Source: Kudoa neothunni
Lineage: Eukaryota; Animalia; Cnidaria
Direction: 5' to 3'
Assembly (NCBI GenBank): GCA_964304625.1
Contig: OZ199839.1
Span: 1,552,093-1,616,092 of the forward strand
DNA: 64,000 nucleotides
Position 1 is the stretch's first letter, and every line of letters starts with the position of its first letter. Below are positions 54,121 to 64,000 of this stretch, piece after piece. The position numbers were made by a program, and so were the translations under genes. The notes beneath the pieces were generated by a model. The model was given only the letters and a program-made list of their open reading frames with translations. It searched no databases and was not told the DNA's origin.

Positions 54121-55598
54121 CCGCAAAGGGAAAATCTTTCCGCACGTGCGCAAAAGAGTCAATTTTTAAAATGAAATATAATTTAATTTTAAAAGGAAAA
54201 CTATTCGAATTTCCAAGAATATGTTTTAGCGATAAGATTTAGAAAATTCATTCCTTTAAATGAATTGTAATTTTCACATATTGATCTAATACTAATACCA
54301 GCTATCTTTTTATCATACATTGAGCATGTAGTTTTCCCTGTTTGATAGTCGGAATTCGATATCATTTTCAATATTGCTTTGATAAACTTTTAGCTTATCA
54401 CAAAAAGAAGGCAACTCTGGATGACACTCTTCAAAGCGGTTATTGAAATGGCGATTAAAAACTTCCGCGGAACTCGATGTAAGTGGAATGTTTTTGAAAA
54501 TTCTGTCATATGCATTCCAGCACTCCATTGAATGTTTGGAGCCATTCAAGAAATTTTTTTCAAAGTATTTAAAAAATTCTGACAAATTTAGTTCGGTGAA
54601 AGTAGATGATTTTTTGTGGATTTTTTTGTATTCAATATGGATAAAATCTGCAGGGACAAAAGCCAACGAAGAAACAGTTTTCATAAATAATTTGAATTCC
54701 TGATTATGCAGAAATTCTTCGGAGAAACCGAGCTTTTGAATCTTCCTCCAAAGGCATTGCCCTAGATGAGATAAACAAAAATAAACTTGACATTTTGTTG
54801 CTTTTAAAAAATCGATGACCACGTAATCTGGAAGTTTCTGTTCGCATTTTTCATAAAGAGTACTAAAGGCACGTACGTAATCGTTTTCCTTTTTACTTTT
54901 CATTAGAATAAATGCTAATGAAAAGGTTTTAGAGTTAATTTCCCCGTGAATTGCGTAGAGTTGCAAAAATTCATTTGGGCAAACTTTAAACGTTCCATCG
55001 GAAATCAAGAATCTTGAATTTTTCAAGTGAACCAAATTTCGTTCAGTTGCAAAAATGACGATTCTATCGCTTTCGTTAACTCCAGAGTCGTATAAACAAA
55101 AGGGCTCATTTCGAAGTGTACAAAAGTTCAGTTCTCGAAGGTTTTTGGTTTTGTCCACAACTATGGAGTTTCTCTTTCTGATGTTCCGAATATTTTTAAA
55201 GTATGGCTTTTATTAAGTGTTGGAAGATCACACAATTTTGAGGTACTTGTTGCGCAGTATACGAGGTATTCTTAGCAATATCTTGAATCTTCGACGACAA
55301 AAATCTTGTTGATATGTCATTTTCAGACAATGTATGATTATGATCATCAGTTGATAAAATAATTTCCACTGGATCCGAAGGATTCGTTCTGATTTTCGCA
55401 GGGCAAGTTCTCTTTTGGCATCTCCAAGAAGTAAACATTTTTCCAACATGGTGTTTAGTATAATATAGTTTTTATAAAAAATCAAATCCGTATTGGAGCA
55501 TGTTTTAATAATTTGGCAATTTGGACTGACTGTTATAGAGCAGATTAACTCGCGCGGTATACTAGCGCTTATGCGCGGACAGATTTTCTCCATGTCGG
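54121..55598 (-). mobile_element. Mutator-like (MULE) element with FLYWCH + DDE transposase pseudogene
   Basis: FLYWCH-like FYKNYI..WRCQKRTCPAKI..HNH and MULE motifs SDGTFKVCP..QLYAIH, VIDF, CLSHLGQCLWRKIQ, AEVFNR, split by frameshifts; imperfect ~30-bp TIRs CCGCAAAGGGAAAATCTTTCCGC / GCGGACAGATTTTCTCCATGTCGG. Confidence 0.88.
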
Positions 55599-57230
55599 CC
55601 GTAGACTTCCTTGACATCCTCCGCTAAGTTTAACTTTCCGTGATTAAATTCAATGCAGATGGTTGTACCTTTACTTTACCCGGTTATTTGAATTGTTTAT
55701 GTTAAAGTTGACGCAATTTGTGGCTGTTTATGGGGAAATGTGGGTTAAGCTCTTGCCGGGGCAAGGGATATTAATTTGAGCAATAAAAATTTATTTTCGT
55801 TTATTTTCATCTATCTCTATATCTTTTTATATTTATTTGTCTCCCGTAAACAGTGGTGCACAAACTTTTTGAGCCGGCCATAAATAACGTTTGGAGTAAC
55901 ATTTTAACAGTATTTAAATAATTCGGGAATGTAAATTAAATACAACACTGACGTTAAATTATTTAGTTTTGGTGCCTGGATTGATACATTCCTGCACAGA
56001 AATGATCATAATTTAAATTTCGACGTCAAAATCGATAAAGTATGATGGATGCTCAAAAAAATCTAGTTAGACTGCCCCTATAAGTCAATTTGAAACAATA
56101 TTTTTTAGAATGTTATTAAGAAACGTCTCTATGCGGAATCTCCCCTAAGCAACGCTGGGCAGTTCCGGCTAATAGTAAATAAAAGGAGATTTATTTAATC
56201 TCTCCTCAGGGTAATCAGAGAGTCTTATATTTCTTTATTCTTTGACCGTATTCTTCTATGATGAAATTTTCTCAATCTGGTGCGAAGCTAGGCAGTTCGC
56301 ACTAGTTTTTAATAAAAAATCAATATATTATAAAGCTGATGACGGATTTTGTTGACTCCCCTTTTTGATTTAAAGTAGAAATTCGATGTGTGCCTTCCTT
56401 CACTACATTGTTTGTTGAAGATTCTTCGAACGGAATCCATCGGTGCAAAACCAAAATATGCGTTCATCACGTTTCTAATAATGTTCTAACACTTTTGAAT
56501 CATAATAAATGTCATTGGCTATTTTAATAATATTTATTATTTTGATATCAATTCGTAATAACTACATTTAAACGAAGTAGCGGTAGCATCACTCATTAAA
56601 AATAAAATATTTAAATCAGAAAATACACTTTTTTCTTTATAACTTTATAATTATTAATTACAGACTCTAATTAAGGAATCCAGAAGCTTTGAGGACTCTC
56701 ATTTAATTCGATATGCTGTTGCAGATTATCTCTTTTATGAATAATAAATTTGTGATTCATAAATAGCATAACCTAACCGCGCTATAAAATCTGATATTAT
56801 CGGTTACACATAAGTCTATTCTCCCGCGCTAAATAATTAATAGCAAAGCAAGGAAAAGTCAAACTATTGGAATTGGGGTCACAAATGACCCCAGCTGGTC
56901 TCACGAGTGATAGTGGGGTTTATTATTTTGCACTTAAGGCGGGGAGACGCACCTATAACCTTAAAGAGCTACATGCGACTCAGAAGCCGCAGGTTGTCGA
57001 TCCCTGTAATAGGGAATTAATAATGTGCATAAATCAATGATAGGTTTTTAAATAAGAACAGTTAATACAAGTCCATATAATTATACTCATTCATAATTAA
57101 ATGAATCGAAGTTTGGATGAAAATCATCAAATGATTATGAATGAAATCAACTAATTCATTCTTATGTAACCAACTAATAAGGTGTGTGGGCCAGAACATC
57201 ACAAATGCAACATCAATCGAAGATTTTTGC

Positions 57231-60200
57231 ATGTAAATAATAAACTACGTATTAAATAGTATTTACAATTATTTTTCAATTTATGCCAGTGGTAGCTTCT
57301 GTTTTATCACGGGGAAGAATAATTATCACGACTGACATCTGCAAAGATCTTAACTCTACCGCAATAAAATATAGCAATATTATAGACAAATATGGTGGCC
57401 TAATATCTCAAGCTGAAGATTTGCTAAAAAAAAGAAAGGACTTAATTAACTGGCTTGAGACTGATCTTGCAACCATAGAAAACTTTTTGAGCGGTGATGT
57501 GAGTCTTTTCTATGAATTAATTCCACCTACTGAATCTGGAACATTTGTATTCACAGAAGAATATGGTGAAATCTATTCAGTAGATTTTACTTGGCAACTG
57601 AGTCATTCGACAAATGTAGCTCAACTGAGAGATTGTTTCTCGGTGTTAAAAAATAAACATAAAGAATGGAAAGATCTTCAAATAAGGATTCCAACGGATA
57701 AAATTAGACAAGAACGTTACAAATTAATGGAAAATACGGCGGCGAGCGAATCTAGCGTCTGCGTAACGAATTCCGACACGGGCACATCAAAAGCTGACGA
57801 CCTAAACAATCGACATATAGGTTGGATTAAAGGTGAAATATCATTTTATGAAAATAAAAGCGAAGATAGTAAAGAATGCTATGATGATATTTTAACGGAA
57901 TATAATAATTTGTATGGTGCACTAAATGCGCGTGTTGATTCAATAAACGATGATATCACAAAAGCTGCTAATCAATATTATTCGAATATTATTACAAATA
58001 TAAATCAGTTGGATGAAAAATTCGATTTGCGACGCTGCGAAAACATTATCAACAAACAGATAACTCTTAAGAGCAATCTCCATCAGTTAGAAAGTGTTTC
58101 AACCGTCACATTCAGCACAGATGAAGCCAAAACTATCTACAAGAATGCTGATGGAGTTTTGTCGTCGTATGCCAGGCACATTCCGCAGGATGTGACCGAC
58201 AAGCTTTCGAGTGTCTTGGGTGAACACACTGCATTGATCAATAAATTTGAGCAATCAAAATCAACAGTTGCTGCACATGAAAAGGAAAAATCTGACATAA
58301 AACTTGTACTAGATGATATTGATAAAAATGTGGGGAAAACCAAAGGTTTTTTTTCTGAAGTAAAAAACAAAGTTAATCAATTTAAGAACACCCTCGCCAA
58401 CATTATTTCAACCCTTATTAACCACAAATTATTAAATAATGCTATCTCACAAGAAACAGCACTTAAGGATGATAAAAGTCAGTTGGAGCAAAAATATGAA
58501 AGGAATTTTAAAGACAATGTTCAAACTATGATTGAAAAACAAACTAAATTGGAAAGTTCACTGATAGCCTTGAGTGAAAATTTCAAAACAGTCGAGATCC
58601 CTGCTGCAGTCAAAAGAATCAATTCACAATACCTTCACGATAGAATTGTTGTTACGAACCCTAGTATAACAATTTTGAGTGTAAATGAGAAATTGGATAA
58701 AACAAAAATCAAATTATCTGACTCCAAAACAAAACATACCTCTGAAAACTCAAAAATAGCAGAACTACAGTCCGACGCGAATGCAAAAACTTCCGACCTT
58801 TATGGAAAGAATAATCAGTTGAATAAATTTGAAGCATCTGTGGCTAATTATGCGTCAAAGCTAATGCAATCTCTGGCTCGATCTATTATCAATCCTCTCC
58901 GCACAAAATACCAATCTCTTACTGATGGAATTAATAACGTTATGTTTTCTTCTAATCAACTTAAACAAAAAATCGATAAGAACATTGGAACTATTGTTGA
59001 AAATCATGGAAAAATAGAAATGTTGAAGCGAAATGGTCAAGCTATTATAGAACAATATAATGACATAGTAAGAGTGAAAAATATGCTATTTCAACAAACG
59101 CATATTCATCCCAGTGATTTTCAAACTAAAGTAAATGAAGAAATAAGAAAATTGAGTTTGATATTAAATGTTGAATCGATAGTTTCCAGTGAAACTCAAA
59201 TCAATCAAACCGCCGATAATACAATAGCTTCTTATGACCAATACGTTACTGAAAATCAGCAATTAACATCCGCTTATGATAGATTTAAAAGTTCTGCAGA
59301 CGAATTCATCGATTCAGTTGATACTTCAGTTGCGGATGTCACAAATAAAAATGATAACCTTGAAAATAAGGTAAAGATCGTGAGAGATAAAAGCTCTCAG
59401 ACTGATTTATTTATAAGTAAAACAGACAAAAAGAAGAAGCTATTTGATAGTACTTCAAAAAACAAACAAGAATATTTTAGCAATGTTATGAATAAAGACA
59501 AAAATGATTATGCCGAAAAGGAACAAAAAGTGATATTAGCAAAAGCAACATTAAACAATAGCTTTGATGCCATCATAAGTTTATACATTCTTAGACATAA
59601 TATTAAAATTGAAGAGTATGATAAAAAATTATTGATAAAATTATGTGAATATGATGATTTTTCAAAAAGATTAACAGAATTGAAGGAGAAATTCACAACC
59701 AATTCTAATAATGTTATCAATCAACTAGAACAATACAAAAGTAACGAATATGAAGCTGAAAAAAGTCTATTATCTTCTCTTAAAGAAACCGTAAATAAAT
59801 GCATTTCCAATCTTATTGTAAATAACGAACATGAAAATTAGAAATCTTATATGACGGCGTGTAGTGGAGCTGAAACATTGTTTGAGCATCAAAAGCAAAA
59901 GAACGATCAAGTGCTGGAGTCGCTACAACGTGTCACGAATGATATTTCAAATTTAGATCTCAATAATGTAAATTACAATGAGCCTATAAATAATATTGAT
60001 GACATTATTAAAGAATCAACCCAAATGATTGATACTTACAAAGCGGAGCTGAAAGAACTTTATATTGAAAAGAACAAAGTACAATTTGAAGATACTGACG
60101 TTCAGAAGATCTTAAACTCTTTTGAAGAGGAATATTCAATAATAAACAGAATGAGTTTAGAGACGTTAAGTAAACCAAACACTCAACCTTATCAAGCTCT

Positions 60201-63200
60201 CAGTGCTTCAATAAATGAAGAGATCTCCTTCTATAATGGCTATAAGGACAAATATCCGAAACTAGATTTCAACTCTGTGATTTCTAAATTTTACAATTTG
60301 TTCCTGGATTCCATTAATGAGGTAAAAGAAATTAAGAAACAAATTGATAATAAATTGAACACGATAGATACAAATTATGCACTAACAACTGAGACCAAAA
60401 AGATCTTCGACTCGAATACACTTGAAGCTACTCGAATTAAAGAAGAAATCAATACATTATTTAACGCTTATGCCAATCGATTACATAACGTATGGAATCT
60501 TTCTGAAAATGATTGGAATAATCAACACCCCAACATTGATAAAGAAAGAAAAGATAAACTTGATGAAATAAAAACTAAACTACTGCTGTTAAGTGAAAAA
60601 AAACAATCAAATAAGAAGTAACAGCGAAAGTGTGTCCACGTTCAAATCGAAAATAATATCTGCTGATAAAAATTTGTCAACTATTAAAGACAATTTCGAG
60701 TCCAAAGTAAATAATGTAAAAATGAACAATAAGGAATTGGACAGTTATCTAAGTAAATATACGACGTGGACTGATAAGAATGAAGGAATTTCACCTGTAT
60801 TGAAACAACTTGCAGGTGAAGTTGACGAATTTAATAAAAATTATCCAAATCAAGTGGAATCATTAAAATCACAAATAGAAACTACTATTGATTACAAGAT
60901 TGGTTTATTAGAAAATGAAAAAACTAACGCTATGAATATGAGAAACAAATTTTTAGAAAATTTGGGTGAGTTATCCCAGCTTTATGGACTCAAAGAAAAT
61001 GATTTGAACGATGAAAATAAAATTATTATTAACAATATCAAAGAAAAACTCACCACATTGGAAAATCATTGTGATAAATTTAAAAATATATCACTAGAAA
61101 AAAAGAAAACATTATCAGCTGCACTTTCGAACTTAAAAAAATCGACATCAAATGATTCAATCAACATGGTTAATAAACTTTCAGCATATGAATCTAAACT
61201 CGGATGTTGTCAAAATGTGATAAATGGGAAAAATTGTGACAACGTAATTATGTCCACTGTCAAAGAATGTGAAAATTTGGTCGATAAATTTAATAATGAG
61301 GATGAAATCGCTTCATTTAACGGTTTAAAATCCCGATTTTCGGAGTCACTAGAAAAGGAAAAACTTCCAAAAGATGATATATTTGGGGTTGATCAGATGA
61401 ACGCTCTAAAAATTACAATACCTTCTATCGCTAATGTTTTTGATAGAATGCAGAACTCATTCCAAACACAATTTCCACAACGAAAAGTCCAAATTTTGGG
61501 CGTCGTAAACGCAGGAGTTACATCTAAAATGAGCATATACAATGAATCGGTTGATAATAATATCGGTGCTATCACAAAATTGACAACGATATTAAAAGAT
61601 CTACTTGATCAGTACAGCGCCAAGATTGATGCTCATCAAAAGGTTTGCACTGGTTCTGAGAACATTTTCATCAGCGGGTCAGCGTCTGCTGCTTCGCTAG
61701 TGAAATCCATTAGTGAAAATAACAAAAGTAATTATATTACACGGGTGATCAATAAAAACCCCACTGCATCAACATCACTGGCAAAGTATTCTGATGATTT
61801 GAATGAGAACAAACGTTTTAGCATGTTCCACATCCAAGCTATAAAAATATTAAATAACGAAGTCCAGACGATTCAAGGAACTATAGAAAAAGCTGAAAAT
61901 ACTTATAGATCCCTAAAAAACGAAATAAACTTGTTACAAACCCAGATAACTGAGTCAGTAAATCACGACAATATAAATGGAAAAAATGAATTTGAAAAAT
62001 ATTTGGCCGATATTCAGATAAAACTGGAAACAAAATATCATGAACTCAATCATATTACTGGCATATTAATATATGAAAAACATTATGCTAATCAAATGAA
62101 AATAAATATTGATAAGAGTTTAATGAACGCTTCCTCCCAGATAAAATAATTTGAGGACGTAATCGCAAAAAATAAACAACAAAAAGACACACTGTTGGAA
62201 AACCTGAAACAAATAGAGGAAAAATCAAAATGCATCAGTGCCACGTTTGGAACATTTTCCAATCTGGCAGGACAATTAATTTCATTAAAAAAACTAGTAT
62301 CTTCAAGGTATCAATAAAAATTTGAATGGATTGAGTCGGAAAAGGATAATCTAACTAAATCCAAGAACTATAAATTGTCGCAGATAAAATCAAATCAAGA
62401 TATAACAATTGAACCATTAAATAAATACTTTAAAAAAGTTAATAATCTTCAATCTATAGCTAACAATGCTAGAATGGACCTACCCTCAAAATTGTTACAG
62501 ATAATAAAAAAAATAACCAACTGAATGATGATATCAAATCTAAGTATGCATAATTAGTAATAAAATTACATAACAGTTTTTCGAGTGGGATTCACTATTA
62601 TCGTAATGAAAAAAACAAAATAATGACTCAAAATAATATACTAGTACAACAAATCAACGGGCACCTCCACGTTGTAAACAGCATAATTGAGAAACTCGTT
62701 GGTTCAAGTTTGGAGGAACTATCAGAAGAATTCTTCGAAGATTCAGAAGCTAATAAACGGTCAGCGGAAGGATTTATTTTACAAAACAAAGATACAACAT
62801 TCAATGTTTCAATGTATGAATCAAATGCGGACGAATCGTGTGACCTAGAATTTTCAGAAAGGATGGAGGATATTCCACGAGACATAATATCTATTGAAGA
62901 AATGTTCAAATTATTAGCCGATAAAAACAATAGGAATGATGTTGTGGGCCAAAATATTATAAATCAAAAACTAGAAAAACTGGAAAACATCGACAATCCA
63001 GAATCGGTGCCAGAATTTCCCAAAGAACTCCTTACAACAATTACGACTGATCGTGACGTTGTCCAAGGTCGGATAAATAATATATAAACATTAGATTTCA
63101 TAAATTTTGTTATTTTCCTATTATTTATTATGATTATTGTAATGGGAATGCACGTCATTAGAAAACTTCGTCAGAAAAACAAAGAAAAATTATTATATCA

Positions 63201-63237
63201 AAAATGCGACCAAGTTTACATTCCGGTTAAAGTATAG
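57231..63237 (+). pseudogene. Intronless ~2000-codon helical/coiled-coil type-I membrane protein, pseudogenised
   Basis: ORFs 57283-59841, 59851-60621, 60593-62149 and 62623-63087 form one reading frame broken by five in-frame stops and two frameshifts in A-runs. There is a damaged signal peptide at 57231-57300 and a TM plus tail after the TAA at 63085. Confidence 0.75.
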
Positions 63238-63407
63238 TATCCAACTGGTTTACCGGTTAAAAAATGTAGATTTTTAGTGCTTGAACTAATAATTATATAT
63301 TTTCTGTTGTACAACTGTTTACCGGTCTTTGTTGTTTTTGTCTCCCTCCGCCATTTATTTATCTACAATCAATTAAATATTTCATATCAGTTGTTCATAT
63401 ATATATA

Positions 63408-64000
63408 CAGTCAAACGTGGTTTACCCGAATTCAGTTTAGTCGAACAGGAGGCTATCCGGAAAACTTTGAATTTTCTTTCAAATTCATATATAAATAAAA
63501 AATTTTCTTTTAGTCGAAACCTTAACAACCTCAATCCGAAGCAACTTGGGCTGGAACTTTGGATAAAATACTCGAAACTTGGACAAGCAATCAAGTATAA
63601 ACTTAAATCAAATAAATAACAATCAAATGTATCATAAAAATAAATTCAAATAGAAACATAATGGCATAAATAATATGGGGTAATTATAAGCCTGTGGCAC
63701 CTAAAAAACACCTCTTTGCACATCATATTTGTCGTTAATTTTTTGGCGATTCTTATATATAAAGTAAATAAATATGGAATGTAAAAATTCAGCTTCATGA
63801 TATAACTTAATTTTAGCCAAATCCCATTTCGAGCAACATCGTCCCCATGTGTAATCTCTCTTTTGCTTGCTTAAACCAGCCAATTTCATTATTTGTCAAC
63901 ATAATTATTTAGCCAACAAATGAGTTTAAATGCTCTATATAATGGTGTTTTATTTTTCAAACTGATCAAATCGATTTGTTCATACTCAGCCGATGAAATA
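63408..64000. mobile_element. Probable left end of a pogo/Tigger-like element (runs off the window)
   Basis: TA|CAGTCAAACGTGGTTTACCCGAA resembles the 10363/12768 TIR; repeated TCGAA/TCCGGAA subterminal motifs follow; the partner TIR is not visible. Confidence 0.4.

Larger units (their letters stand above)
52544..56172 (+). mobile_element. Helitron-like family A, copy 3, carrying nested Merlin and MULE insertions
   Basis: 5' TCTACTATATATAT + (GT)n; 3' CCTAAGCAACGCTGGGCAGTTCCGG-CTAA|T. Removing 52890-53926 and 54121-55598 restores colinearity with 4269-5452. Confidence 0.8.

Noticed and set aside
59839-63087. Alternative genetic code (TAA/TAG read as sense) to explain the in-frame stops
   Set aside because: Frameshifts co-occur, stops are rare relative to Gln/Glu codons, and neighbouring genes end in TAA/TAG normally.

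Overview
AT-rich eukaryotic (animal) nuclear DNA with many very short GT-AG introns. The gene set and divergence suggest a reduced invertebrate, possibly a cnidarian such as a myxozoan (inference only). Seven host genes can be reconstructed by eye: INO80, a single-C2 synaptotagmin-like membrane protein, a GTSF1-like CHHC zinc-finger protein, a membrane-anchored apextrin (ApeC) protein, a secreted PLAT/discoidin/LamG/TSP1 mosaic protein, DLD, and a SAPS/PPP6R PP6 regulatory subunit. There is also a ~2000-codon intronless type-I membrane helical gene that is pseudogenised. Intergenic DNA and three kb-sized introns are rich in DNA transposons, often nested: non-autonomous Helitrons, two piggyBacs, pogo and hAT MITEs, a decayed MULE, an almost intact 1-kb Merlin and a tRNA-derived SINE. 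The best unexplained signals are: (i) a GC-rich ~190-225 nt segment upstream of the GTSF1-like gene that folds into a multi-stem structure with strand-specific G.U pairs, (ii) the decayed giant surface-protein gene, and (iii) an NRF1/E-box-like motif shared by the ends of two unrelated transposons and resembling motifs upstream of host genes. All calls are manual; no database search or folding program was run.
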